Shown: positions 40,222-50,309, counted from the stretch's first letter. The stretch: DNA of 64,000 nucleotides from an uncultured Bacilli bacterium (GCA_934098705.1 CAKOPC010000002.1:158457-222456), one strand, 5' to 3'. Notes: generated by a model from the letters alone, not told the origin. Program-made: numbers and translations.

Positions 40222-40944
40222 TTAAGCTTGTTGTTCAGCGTAAAGTTTAATTTTGAATTCATACTTTTCAGATAAAGATTCATTAGAATGAGTGTTACCA
40301 GTTGAAGTATCTTTAGTAGGTAATACATATTTATCATTTACCCAAGCACGTAGTTCATAAGATTTAAGACCTGAAGCTGTAAATGAATCAGCATCAAGTA
40401 AATAATTAGCTATTCTACCTTCAGCATTATTTGCTTTACCTAAAGTACCTTCAGCTTCAGCTATTGTATTAAATCCAACTCCAGTTGTAGCAGTACCTTT
40501 TAAATATTCAGTACCTTTCTTTAAATTGAAGTTAACTTCACTATCTTGTAAGCATCCATAAGTTACAGCACCATCAGTTGTTTCAGTACAAGCATTTTTT
40601 GTAATTCCTACTTCATAATTAATAGTAGTATTACCACTTAAAGTTGCTGCAACATAAAATTTTAATAATGCAGATTCTCCTGTTGCAGGAGTAATTGCAG
40701 AACCTTTGCCATCTGTCATTGCATATTGATTAGTTAATTTTATTTGTGTTTGATCTGTCAACGCATCTCCAGTTTCTGGGTCTGTTGTTGGATCAACAAC
40801 AACTGAAATACTACCTGTTGTGATTACGTTTTCTTTTGTACCAGTTCCAGTGAAACTATACATAGCATAAGAAACGCCAACAACAACTACGATTAGTACT
40901 AAAACACCAATAACAGAAAGCATTAATGTTTTTTTATTATCCAT
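40222..40944 (-). CDS. Secreted TasA/camelysin-like protein (SipW-cognate signal peptide)
   Basis: LMLSVIGVLVLIVVVVGVSYA|MYSFTGTGTKENVITTGSISV parallels the CalY sequence GGGTFA|FFSDKEVSNNTFAAGTLDL. The protein is T/G/A-rich and beta-type. The C-terminal motif is YELRAWVNDKY. Confidence 0.6.
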   Translation of the reverse strand: MDNKKTLMLSVIGVLVLIVVVVGVSYAMYSFTGTGTKENVITTGSISVVVDPTTDPETGDALTDQTQIKLTNQYAMTDGKGSAITPATGESALLKFYVAATLSGNTTINYEVGITKNACTETTDGAVTYGCLQDSEVNFNLKKGTEYLKGTATTGVGFNTIAEAEGTLGKANNAEGRIANYLLDADSFTASGLKSYELRAWVNDKYVLPTKDTSTGNTHSNESLSEKYEFKIKLYAEQQA

Positions 40945-40991
40945 AATTATTATTCCTTTCTATAAATTAAATTTTATTTGTCAATTATTTA

Positions 40992-41621
40992 TTATTGTCC
41001 TATTGCGTTTACTTTAGAATCAACGTTTACTTTAATTTTGTATTCTTGTTCTTTAATTGTATTAGCATCAGCATTTGCATCAACCCAAATTCTTAAATTA
41101 TAAGTTGTTGTTGCTTCACCTGTTTTTACAGTACCATTTTCATATGCAACACTTGTTTCATAAAGTTTGTATGCATCAGTTCTTAATGCTGATTTGTTAG
41201 AATCAAGTACAACTGCTGACATTAATTGTTTTGGAACTACTTCAGTTTCAGTTGTTGTACCTTTTGTTAAGTAAACTGCAACTGCAGAATCTGCAAGTGT
41301 TGAAGTTTCTTTAGTAATATTGATTTCATATGGTACAGTAACTGTTCCACTTGCTGTTGTTGCAACTGTAAATGTAAATACATTTTTATCACCAGTTAAT
41401 TTCTTTCCAGCATCATCAGAAATTGGTAATGCATTCTCAAGTAAAATACCGTTAGTTGGTTCAGTATAACTCATTGTAATAGTACCTGTTGAAATTGAGT
41501 TATCTTTTCCAGTTGCTCCTGTTGAATAAAGTGCAAAAGATACACCTACTACTGCAACAAGTAATATTGCTACTCCTAATACTGATAAGAATACTTTTCT
41601 TGAATTGTCTTCTTCCATCAT
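40992..41621 (-). CDS. Secreted TasA/camelysin-like protein, candidate major subunit (tandem duplicate A)
   Basis: GVAILLVAVVGVSFA|LYSTGATGKDNSISTGTITMSYTEP. It is about 80% identical to 41779..42408. The C-terminal motif is YNLRIWVDANADA. Confidence 0.6.
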   Translation of the reverse strand: MMEEDNSRKVFLSVLGVAILLVAVVGVSFALYSTGATGKDNSISTGTITMSYTEPTNGILLENALPISDDAGKKLTGDKNVFTFTVATTASGTVTVPYEINITKETSTLADSAVAVYLTKGTTTETEVVPKQLMSAVVLDSNKSALRTDAYKLYETSVAYENGTVKTGEATTTYNLRIWVDANADANTIKEQEYKIKVNVDSKVNAIGQ

Positions 41622-41778
41622 TTTTTTCTATCCTCCTTATATTATGATAATACTATATTTTTTGGGGAATTGCAATATTTTTTTGTTCTATTTTTTTATA
41701 ATTTTTAAAAATTAAATGTTTTATGTAAAGTATAAAAAAGGTATTACCCAAAAGGCAACACCTAAGTATTTAATTCTT

Positions 41779-42408
41779 TTATTTTCCTATTGCGTTTACT
41801 TTAGAATCAACATTTACAAATAGCTTATATGTTTGATCTTTAATAGCGTCAGCATCAGCATTTGCATCAACCCAAATTCTTAAATTATAAGTTGTTGTTG
41901 CTTCACCTGTTTTTACAGTACCATTTTGATATACAACATTTGTACTGTAAAGTTTATAAGAGTCAGTTCTATAAGTAGATTTATTAGCAGTTGTTACAAC
42001 TTGAGACATTAATTTTTTTGCAACAACCTCAGTTTCAGTTGTTGTACCTTTTGTTAAATAAACTGCAACTGCTCCATCAGCAAGAGTTGTTGAAGAATCT
42101 TTAGTTATATTTATTTCATATGGTACAGTAACTGTTCCACTTGCTGTTGCAGAAACTGTAAATGTAAATACATTACCTTCACCCTTCAAACTCTTTCCTT
42201 CTGCATCAGATATTGGTAAAGCATTTGTTAAGTTAATACCATTTGATGGTTCAGTATAACTCATTGTAATAGTACCTGTTGAAATTGAGTTGACTTTTCC
42301 AGTTGAACTAGTTGAATAAAGTGCAAATGATACACCTATTACTGCAACAACTAGAATTGCTACTCCTAACACTGATAAAAGTACCTTTCTTGAACTATTT
42401 TCTTCCAT
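41779..42408 (-). CDS. Secreted TasA/camelysin-like protein, candidate major subunit (tandem duplicate B)
   Basis: GVAILVVAVIGVSFA|LYSTSSTGKVNSISTGTITMSYTEP. The rest is near-identical to 40992..41621. Confidence 0.6.
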   Translation of the reverse strand: MEENSSRKVLLSVLGVAILVVAVIGVSFALYSTSSTGKVNSISTGTITMSYTEPSNGINLTNALPISDAEGKSLKGEGNVFTFTVSATASGTVTVPYEINITKDSSTTLADGAVAVYLTKGTTTETEVVAKKLMSQVVTTANKSTYRTDSYKLYSTNVVYQNGTVKTGEATTTYNLRIWVDANADADAIKDQTYKLFVNVDSKVNAIGK

Positions 42409-42468
42409 GAATCTATCCTCCTTATATTATGATAATACTATAAATTATAGGTTTAAGCAAGATGTTTT

Positions 42469-43227
42469 TTATATTTTCAAATTAAATACCTCTTTAACAT
42501 TATTTGTTGTATCAGTTTGTACTTTTTCTATACTAACACCTCTTACACTACTTATCACCTCAGCAATTAAAGGTATATTTTTAGGTTCATTTTTCTCTCC
42601 CCTAATAGGAGAAAGATAAGGACTATCAGTTTCTAAAATAAAATCTTTACTAGACAGTTCTTTTACAACTTCAAAAAGTTTACTATTTTTAAAAGTTACA
42701 ACCCCACCAATTCCTAGTTTAAATCCAAGTTTAATATACATTTTAGCAACCTCTAAACTTCCTGAAAAACAATGTATTACTCCCTTTACTTTATATTCTT
42801 TTAAAATATTATAAGTATCAAGTGTTGCATCTCTTGAATGAATAACAACAGGCAAATTATACTTTTCAGCAAGTTTTATTTGCCTTATAAATAAATTTTT
42901 TTGTTTCTCTTTTATATAATCACTATTATCATAATGATAATCAAGTCCTATTTCTCCAATACCTACTACTTTTTCTCTATTATTAATTATTACATTTTCT
43001 AAAACGTTAAAATCATCTTCTTGTATATTTAATACTTCTTCTGGATGATACCCTATAGTTATATAAACTTCCTTATATTTTTTACTAAGCTCTACATCCA
43101 TTTTAGTTATTTCCTTGTTTATACCACCAAGTATGAAGTATAAAACACCGACCCTTTCAGCATTTTTTATAACTTCATCAATATTATAATCTTCATTACT
43201 TAAATGTAAATGTGAATCTATATACAT
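42469..43227 (-). CDS. tatD: TatD family hydrolase (YabD)
   Basis: MYIDSHLHL and the TatD metal-binding histidines are present. It lies directly downstream of metS, as does B. subtilis yabD. Confidence 0.85.
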   Translation of the reverse strand: MYIDSHLHLSNEDYNIDEVIKNAERVGVLYFILGGINKEITKMDVELSKKYKEVYITIGYHPEEVLNIQEDDFNVLENVIINNREKVVGIGEIGLDYHYDNSDYIKEKQKNLFIRQIKLAEKYNLPVVIHSRDATLDTYNILKEYKVKGVIHCFSGSLEVAKMYIKLGFKLGIGGVVTFKNSKLFEVVKELSSKDFILETDSPYLSPIRGEKNEPKNIPLIAEVISSVRGVSIEKVQTDTTNNVKEVFNLKI

Positions 43228-43524
43228 AAAATCCTCCCTTATTAAATTTAAAAAAGTCTAAATAAAAGACTTTTTCTTTAAAAGTACCACAAAAATTAAA
43301 ATACTTAAAACTACATCAATTATATCTATTATATTATTTAATATTAAGGGTACTACAATAGATAAAAAAAATACAATAAATATAGATACTACCATACAAA
43401 AACTTATTTTCATATTATCTCCCTATATCTATATAACTGCAACCTCATTATAATATTTTTGACTATTAAAACAAACAAAAAACAATGCATACTTATTAAC
43501 TTTACATTGTTTTTTACACTTTTA

Positions 43525-45045
43525 TTAAATTCTTTCAAATAAAATACTAGCTTCACCAAGTTTATGATTATCTTCCAAATATCCAAATTTAGATGTTGTA
43601 TCATAAGTTGTTTTATCTGTATTTAACTGTTTAAATATAGCTTTTGATGTATCAGGAATAAAAGCACTTAAATAGATACTACAAATCCTAATACTTTCTA
43701 AAATATTATATAAAACAGTTTGTAATCTATCATAATTAGAAAGTTTAGCAAGATTCCAAGGCATTGTGTCATCTATATATTTATTACATGCCTTTAGTAC
43801 ATTAAATATATCCTCAAGGGCTAAACTTACATTGTATTTAGACATATCATTTTCTACGATTTCTTTTAAAGATGTAACAGAATCTATTAAATCTTTATCA
43901 ATATCTTCATTTACTTTAGTATTTGTTATAACACCATCAAAATATTTATAAGTCATAGCTATTGTTCTATTTAATAAATTTCCTAAAGTATTACATAAAT
44001 CAGTATTTCTTCTTTGTTTTAAATATTCTTCATCAAATGAACCATCATTTCCAAATGGAACTTCTCTTAAAGCAAAGTATCTTACAGCATCAACACCATA
44101 ACTTTTAATATATTCTCTAGGATCTTTATAATTACCAAGTGATTTTGATATTTTTTCCCCATTTATTTTAAGCCAACCATGTGCAAATATTTGTTTTGGA
44201 AATGGAAGGTCAAGTGCCATTAATATCGCAGGCCATATAATAGCGTGAAATCTTACAATTTCTTTACCAACAAGATGAAGATCACAAGGCCAGTACTTTT
44301 TAAATAAACTATCACCATCCCCTGTTTCATAACCTAGTGCTGTTAAATAATTTGTCAAGGCATCAAGCCATACATAAACAACATGACTTTTATCAAACGA
44401 TACTGGTATACCCCAAGTAAAACTTGTTCTTGAAACACATAAATCATCAAGTCCTTTGTCTAAAAAGTTATTAATCATTTCATTTTTTCTTGATTCTGGT
44501 AATAAAAAGTCTTTATTATCTAATAACTTTCTTATTCTATCTTCATATTTTGATAATTTGAAAAAGTATGCTTCCTCTTTTACTTTTTTAACTTCCCTAT
44601 GACAATCAGGACAACAACCATCAATTAAATCTTTAGAAGTCCAAAAAGATTCACAAGGAGTACAATATAAACCTTCATAATAACCTTTATAAATATCTCC
44701 TTTTTCATATAACCTATTAAAAATATTACTTACTGCCCTTACATGATAATCATCTGTTGTTCTTATAAATTTATCATAACTTATCCCTAAAGATTTCCAT
44801 AAATCTTTAGCATTTAAAACAATCTCATCAACATACTCTTTTGGAGTTTTATTAACCTCTTTTGCCTTATTTTCTATCTTTAAACCATGCTCATCAGTTC
44901 CAGTTAAAAAGAAAACATCATATCCTTGTAATCTTTTAAAACGTGCTATTGCATCTGCAATTATAGTAGTGTAACAATGCCCTATATGAAAATTAGCACT
45001 TGGATAATATATAGGGGTTGTTATATAAAATTTATTATTTTCCAT
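43525..45045 (-). CDS. metS: Methionine--tRNA ligase (core enzyme, no C-terminal EMAP/tRNA-binding domain)
   Basis: The HIGH motif is ANFHIGH and the KMSKS motif is KISKS. The zinc-knuckle cysteines are CTPCESFW...CCPDC. Length is 506 aa. Confidence 0.95.
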   Translation of the reverse strand: MENNKFYITTPIYYPSANFHIGHCYTTIIADAIARFKRLQGYDVFFLTGTDEHGLKIENKAKEVNKTPKEYVDEIVLNAKDLWKSLGISYDKFIRTTDDYHVRAVSNIFNRLYEKGDIYKGYYEGLYCTPCESFWTSKDLIDGCCPDCHREVKKVKEEAYFFKLSKYEDRIRKLLDNKDFLLPESRKNEMINNFLDKGLDDLCVSRTSFTWGIPVSFDKSHVVYVWLDALTNYLTALGYETGDGDSLFKKYWPCDLHLVGKEIVRFHAIIWPAILMALDLPFPKQIFAHGWLKINGEKISKSLGNYKDPREYIKSYGVDAVRYFALREVPFGNDGSFDEEYLKQRRNTDLCNTLGNLLNRTIAMTYKYFDGVITNTKVNEDIDKDLIDSVTSLKEIVENDMSKYNVSLALEDIFNVLKACNKYIDDTMPWNLAKLSNYDRLQTVLYNILESIRICSIYLSAFIPDTSKAIFKQLNTDKTTYDTTSKFGYLEDNHKLGEASILFERI

Positions 45046-45526
45046 TATTTTCCTCCTTTGATGTACTACCTATACCTCCGCATCTTTTATTAAGTATTAC
45101 ATCCTCATCATCTACTTTTAAATATTTTATAAAAATTCCCTGACATATTTTATCACCCTTATTTATAATAAATGGTTTATCACCCTCATTTTGTAAACAA
45201 ATAAAAATATGTCCCTCGTTTGAATTATTATTAAAATAATCCTTATCTATTACACCAATTTGATTACACATTCGTACATTATACTTAAAACCCATACTGC
45301 TTCTTACAATAAGTAGTAATACTTCATCCTCTTCCATATCAGCTTTAATACCAGTTGGAATCTTTTTTATTTCCTTGGGATTTATTACACAATCATAAAG
45401 TGAAACAAAATCATATCCCGCACTAAATAAAGTACTTCTTTCTGGTAATTTATAAGTATCATACAACTCATCACCTAAATTAAGCTTTAAAAATTCATCT
45501 TTACTTATTTTATAAAATTTTCTCAT
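45035..45526 (-). CDS. dut: dUTP diphosphatase (Bacillus YncF/YosS-type trimeric dUTPase)
   Basis: LLLIVRSSMGFKYNVRMCNQIGVIDKDY, KGDKICQGIF and GGIGSTS align with YncF (PRSSTYKNFGV...GVIDESYKGDND...KGDRICQF...GGLGSTG). Confidence 0.8.
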   Translation of the reverse strand: MRKFYKISKDEFLKLNLGDELYDTYKLPERSTLFSAGYDFVSLYDCVINPKEIKKIPTGIKADMEEDEVLLLIVRSSMGFKYNVRMCNQIGVIDKDYFNNNSNEGHIFICLQNEGDKPFIINKGDKICQGIFIKYLKVDDEDVILNKRCGGIGSTSKEENNGK

Positions 45527-45542
45527 AAAATCCTCCTTACAT

Positions 45543-45775
45543 AAAAAAAATTTTCATCCCAAAGGACGAAAATATCGTGGTACCACCTTATTTTATAAGT
45601 ATAACAAAATAACAATGTTAAAACTTATCTCAATCTTTTAACGCAAGATAAACGTATTTACTTACATATCAGTAAATCTGTTCCAAAACCATGTTCAGTT
45701 TTATCTACTACTTATTTACACCGACCATAAGCTCTCTATTAATAAATATAAACCTACTCTTTTCTTCACAACATT
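45543..45775 (-). promoter_or_regulatory. Putative T-box riboswitch leader (specifier probably AUG/Met) ahead of dut-metS
   Basis: The minus strand carries AGAGAG followed by cttATGg (a candidate specifier). Further on is AAGGTGGTACCACGA, which matches the T-box sequence AGGGTGGTACCGCG. Then comes the terminator hairpin ttttcgtcc-tttg-ggatgaaaa plus a T8 run, then the RBS aaggagga and the ATG. Confidence 0.55.
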
Positions 45776-45807
45776 TTTTTAATGCATAAATTATAACATA
45801 TATTTTT

Positions 45808-46338
45808 TTATTCTTCAATATATTTTCCTAAAAATTTAGCAGCTATAGATATAGTTTTTACATCAAAATCATCTAATCTTCTTGTTGTTGACATCATAAT
45901 AACAGCTCCAATAGCATCTCCATTACCTATAATTGGTGCAATAATATAACTTGATAGTTCTAAAACATTTGGTATAAGTGAAAATTCTTTAAAAGAAGGC
46001 TCAAAAACAACATTTCTCTTTTGTATTATTTTATCTATTTCATCTGATATAGACATATTTAAATACTTTTTCTTTAAACTACCCGCTATAGCAACAATAT
46101 TATTTCTATCAACAATTATTATATTTTCATTAACATATAAATTTATACTATCTGCATAATTTTTATAAAAATCTACTAAATCGCCTAAATCTGAATATTT
46201 TTTTAAAATAATATTATCACTATCTAAAAATATTTCAAGAGATTCACCATCTTTTATACGCATACTCTTTCTAATCTCTTTGGGAATTACAATTCGTCCT
46301 AAATCATCTATCCTTCTTACAACTCCTGTTGTTTTCAT
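45808..46338 (-). CDS. spoVT: Stage V sporulation protein T (AbrB-N domain plus GAF)
   Basis: MKTTGVVRRIDDLGRIVIPKEIRKSMRIKDGESLEIF is an AbrB/SpoVT swapped-hairpin N-terminus. The C-terminal 120 aa are GAF-like. It follows mfd, as in Bacillus. Confidence 0.85.
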   Translation of the reverse strand: MKTTGVVRRIDDLGRIVIPKEIRKSMRIKDGESLEIFLDSDNIILKKYSDLGDLVDFYKNYADSINLYVNENIIIVDRNNIVAIAGSLKKKYLNMSISDEIDKIIQKRNVVFEPSFKEFSLIPNVLELSSYIIAPIIGNGDAIGAVIMMSTTRRLDDFDVKTISIAAKFLGKYIEE

Positions 46339-46488
46339 TTATATCACAATCCTTTCATCTATACTTATTCTTCCAAAATAAAAACAATTTATACCAGATA
46401 TTAACATATATTATTATAATATTTTTAAGTATACTTTTTTGCTGGTAAAATTTGGCAATTTTTACCAATATTTATTAAACTTTTATGT

Positions 46489-46517
46489 AACAAAAAAAGA
46501 TGCCCTAAAACATCTTT
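46489..46517 (-). terminator. Intrinsic terminator of mfd
   Basis: On the minus strand aaagatg-ttttaggg-catcttt is followed by a T7 run immediately after the mfd stop. Confidence 0.6.
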
Positions 46518-46524
46518 AAAACTA

Positions 46525-49500
46525 CTACATTATATCTAATAAATAATTTAAAAAAGTAAGTGGATCATCCTTTAAATTTGCCTTTAAAATCTTAACATAA
46601 AATAAATTATTTCTATAACTAAATTTAAAATTATTAAATATTTTAAGTGATTTTATAAATAAATCCTGATAATCTATAAACTTTGACTTTTCAATATTAA
46701 ATTCAAGTTCTATATAATTATTATTCGTTATAACTTTAGAAACACCTTTATTTTTACATAAATTTTCAAATAATTGTTTATTCATATAACTTAACATATC
46801 ATTATCAACAACACCAAATCTATCTTCTATCTCTAAACGAACTTCTTCATATTTTTTAAAACTATCTATTGATGTTATAAGTTTATGTAACTCTATTTTT
46901 AACTCATCTTCTTTAACTAAAGTATCTTTTATATGATTATTTACAACTATTGTATCTTTATCATTTTCTAAAGTCTCATCATCATCTTTTACTTCTATAC
47001 CTTGTAATTTTTTTATTTCATCCTCAAGTAATTTCATATATAAATCAATTCCAACTGCATTTATAAAACCAGCTTGCTCTGCTCCTAATATATCTCCAGC
47101 ACCTCTTATTGATAAATCCCTTGATGCAATTCTAAAGCCACTACCAAGTTCAGTAAACTCCTTTATAACTTTAAGCCTTTTAACAGCTATTTCATTTAAT
47201 TGCTTATGTTTATCATATAAAAGATATGCATAACTTGTTCTATCACTTCTACCTACTCTTCCTCTTATTTGGTAAAGCTGTGATAAACCAAATCTATCAG
47301 CATCATATATTATTAAACTATTAGCTCTTGGAATATCAATACCAGTTTCAATTATAGTAGTACAAACAAGCACATTATACTCTCCATTAATAAAACTTGT
47401 CATTCTATCTTCAAGTTCTTGCTTACTCATCTTACCATGAGCAAATATTACTTTAGCATCAGGAACTAATTTTTTTATTTCTAATGCCTTAAGTTCTATA
47501 TCCATAACTTTATTATATAGAACAAATACTTGTCCATCTCTTGATATTTCTTTATAAATAATATCCCTTACTATATTTTTATCTTCATGTATAACATAAG
47601 TTTGAACTGATTTTCTATTTTGAGGAGGAGTTTCAATAAGTGATAAGTTTTTAATACCTAAAATAGCCATTTGTAATGTCCTTGGTATTGGTGTTGCCGT
47701 AAGTGTTAAAACATCAACATTACTTTTCATTTCCTTTATTTTTTCCTTATGTGAAACACCAAAACGTTGTTCTTCATCTACTACCAAAAGTCCTAAATCA
47801 TGTGGTATAACATCCTTACTTAAAATTCTATGTGTTCCAAATAAAATATCAATTTTACCATCTTTAAAATCTTTTAGTATTTCATTTTTTTCCTTATCTT
47901 TCGTAAATCTATTTAATAAAGCAATATTAACAGGAAATGATGCAAATCTTTCTTTACAGCTTTCATACTGCTGTTTTGATAATAGTGTTGTGGGACATAA
48001 ATACATAACTTGTTTTGAATCTTGAACTGCTTTAAACATACATCTAAAAGCAACTTCTGTCTTTCCATACCCAACATCCCCACATAAAATATGATCCATT
48101 GGTACTTCACTTTCCATATCTTTTTTTATGTTTTCAGTTGTTATTAGTTGATCTTTTGTCATATCATATTTAAATTCACTCTCAAATAATTCCTGAAGAG
48201 GAGTATCTTTTGAAAAGGCAAAGCCCTTCTTCATCTTTCTTTCAGCTTGCACCTTTAAAAGCCTTTCAGCCTCATATCTTATCTTTTTCTTTACTTGTTC
48301 CTTAGTCTTTTCCCAAGCTGTTCCCCCTAAAGTATTAACTTTTGGTGCATATCCTTCCTTAGCAGAATACTTTGATAAATAATCAATTTTTGAAGCAGGA
48401 ATATATAATTTATCGCCTTTTGCATATAAAACTTCAATATAATCATTTAAATAACCATTTTTTGACAAAGTCTTAATACCATTATAAATACCAACACCAT
48501 GAAGGTTATGAACAACATAATCACCAACCTCTATTTTGGAAATATCTTTTATTTTACTACCACCAAAATTAATCCTTTTTACTTTTTTTATAGTTTTTCT
48601 ATTAAATAACTCATACTCAGTTAAAAAAACATAATTATCTTTTATAAAACCAGATAAAAGCGGATATTTTATTATATTTAAGGTGCCATCTATTATATTA
48701 TTTTCATCTGTTATAACATATTTAGCAGTTAAAGTATCTAAAAAACCATTTAAATTATTAAGTTGTAAACATAAAATAACTGTTTTACCACTACTTAATA
48801 AACCATTTATATACTTATTTATTTTTGATATATCGCCACCCATTACATCTGGTGTTGTAACAGCATAATTAGTGATAGATTTTACATCTAAACTTTTATA
48901 ATCTTCATCAAGGTCTAAATAATATATTTTATTTTCAACATTTATATCTTCCAAAGGAACTATATAATCTTTATAATCATTAGTATGATAAGAAAAAATT
49001 TCATCTACTAATCTTTCGTAAGAAACTTTTATTAAATTATAATCCTTATAAACAAGAGTAGGATTATCAAAAAATGATAAAATATTACTATTATCTTTCT
49101 TTTCATCAAAAGAATAAATTGTAACATCATTTATAGTATCAATAGTTCTTTGGGTATCAACATCAAATACCTTTATTTCTTCAATTTCATCCCCAAAAAA
49201 TTCTATTCTAATTGGATTATCCATAAAAATAGGAAAAATATCAACAACAAAACCACGAACTGCTACATCGCCAGGTTTACCAACAATGGTTTCTCTATTA
49301 TAATTAAATTCCACTAAATTTTCTATTAAATTTTGTTGATTTATAGTTTGACCTTTTCTTAATTTTATAACGTTACTAATAATATCTTTCTTACTTTCAA
49401 TATGACCCAAATACCCAGAAACATCAGTCAAAACAATACGATTAGAATCAGTTGCAAGTTCTTTTAAAGTATTAAGTCTTTCTAACTTTAACTCTTTTGA

Positions 49501-49740
49501 AGAAGCATAAGACATCTCTTCTATTAAATTATCAACTTGATAAAGTAAGGGGCTTGTAATATTTAAAAGCTCATTATATATTTTATTTGCTTCATACATA
49601 TTAGAAAAGACAACAACAACTGCTTGTTTTGTTTCATCATGTAATTTTTTTAAGTAACACGCAAAAAAAGAGGGATTTAAATTTGATACCCCTATATCCT
49701 TATAAGAATCAATATTTATTAATTTAGAAAAAATATTCAT
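46525..49740 (-). CDS. mfd: Transcription-repair coupling factor
   Basis: The protein is 1071 aa. It has the helicase motifs (GDVGYGKTEVA, DEEQRFGV), the TRG motif and a UvrB-homology N-terminus. Confidence 0.95.
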   Translation of the reverse strand: MNIFSKLINIDSYKDIGVSNLNPSFFACYLKKLHDETKQAVVVVFSNMYEANKIYNELLNITSPLLYQVDNLIEEMSYASSKELKLERLNTLKELATDSNRIVLTDVSGYLGHIESKKDIISNVIKLRKGQTINQQNLIENLVEFNYNRETIVGKPGDVAVRGFVVDIFPIFMDNPIRIEFFGDEIEEIKVFDVDTQRTIDTINDVTIYSFDEKKDNSNILSFFDNPTLVYKDYNLIKVSYERLVDEIFSYHTNDYKDYIVPLEDINVENKIYYLDLDEDYKSLDVKSITNYAVTTPDVMGGDISKINKYINGLLSSGKTVILCLQLNNLNGFLDTLTAKYVITDENNIIDGTLNIIKYPLLSGFIKDNYVFLTEYELFNRKTIKKVKRINFGGSKIKDISKIEVGDYVVHNLHGVGIYNGIKTLSKNGYLNDYIEVLYAKGDKLYIPASKIDYLSKYSAKEGYAPKVNTLGGTAWEKTKEQVKKKIRYEAERLLKVQAERKMKKGFAFSKDTPLQELFESEFKYDMTKDQLITTENIKKDMESEVPMDHILCGDVGYGKTEVAFRCMFKAVQDSKQVMYLCPTTLLSKQQYESCKERFASFPVNIALLNRFTKDKEKNEILKDFKDGKIDILFGTHRILSKDVIPHDLGLLVVDEEQRFGVSHKEKIKEMKSNVDVLTLTATPIPRTLQMAILGIKNLSLIETPPQNRKSVQTYVIHEDKNIVRDIIYKEISRDGQVFVLYNKVMDIELKALEIKKLVPDAKVIFAHGKMSKQELEDRMTSFINGEYNVLVCTTIIETGIDIPRANSLIIYDADRFGLSQLYQIRGRVGRSDRTSYAYLLYDKHKQLNEIAVKRLKVIKEFTELGSGFRIASRDLSIRGAGDILGAEQAGFINAVGIDLYMKLLEDEIKKLQGIEVKDDDETLENDKDTIVVNNHIKDTLVKEDELKIELHKLITSIDSFKKYEEVRLEIEDRFGVVDNDMLSYMNKQLFENLCKNKGVSKVITNNNYIELEFNIEKSKFIDYQDLFIKSLKIFNNFKFSYRNNLFYVKILKANLKDDPLTFLNYLLDIM

Positions 49741-50309
49741 TAAATACCCCTCCTATCATTATATTTACTCATCACTTTATTAAAATCAAGTTGCAAAAAA
49801 GCATCAATTATACAATTTGTAGTATCAAGTATACCATCAACAATATTAAGCTCTTCCTTACTCAATTTACCCAAAACATAATCTTTAACATCTATAGATT
49901 TTTCCTTTGAAATACCCACCTTTAATCTTTTAAAATCATATGTACCAAGATGCAAAGCAATATTTTTCAAGCCATTATGTCCTCCACTTGACCCACTTTC
50001 CTTAAGTTTTATTTTACCTGTTGGCATATCAAGGTCATCACTTATTATTAAAATATCACTAGGTGAAATATGAAAATAAGAAGCAAATTTTGAAACAACT
50101 TCACCAGATAAATTCATATATGATAAAGGTTTAAGTAATATAACATCAACCCCATCTTCATTAAAATTTACATAACTACCATTAAATTTTTGCTTATCTA
50201 TAGATAAATTTTTGCTTTTAGCATAATTATCTATTACCTTAAAACCTATATTATGTCTTGTATTTGTATACTCATCACCAGGATTTCCAAGCCCTACAAC
50301 TAATTTCAT
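49740..50309 (-). CDS. pth: Peptidyl-tRNA hydrolase
   Basis: MKLVVGLGNPGDEYTNTRHNIGF and GGHNGLKNI are present. Length is 189 aa. Confidence 0.95.
   Translation of the reverse strand: MKLVVGLGNPGDEYTNTRHNIGFKVIDNYAKSKNLSIDKQKFNGSYVNFNEDGVDVILLKPLSYMNLSGEVVSKFASYFHISPSDILIISDDLDMPTGKIKLKESGSSGGHNGLKNIALHLGTYDFKRLKVGISKEKSIDVKDYVLGKLSKEELNIVDGILDTTNCIIDAFLQLDFNKVMSKYNDRRGI

Noticed and set aside
40080-40337. 85-aa ORF overlapping the end of 40222..40944 and the terminator
   Set aside because: It overlaps a well-supported paralog CDS and its terminator hairpin. It has no RBS and no motifs.
43410-43604. 64-aa ORF overlapping the metS 3-prime end
   Set aside because: It is in a different frame of the metS C-terminus and intergenic DNA, and is typical AT-rich noise.
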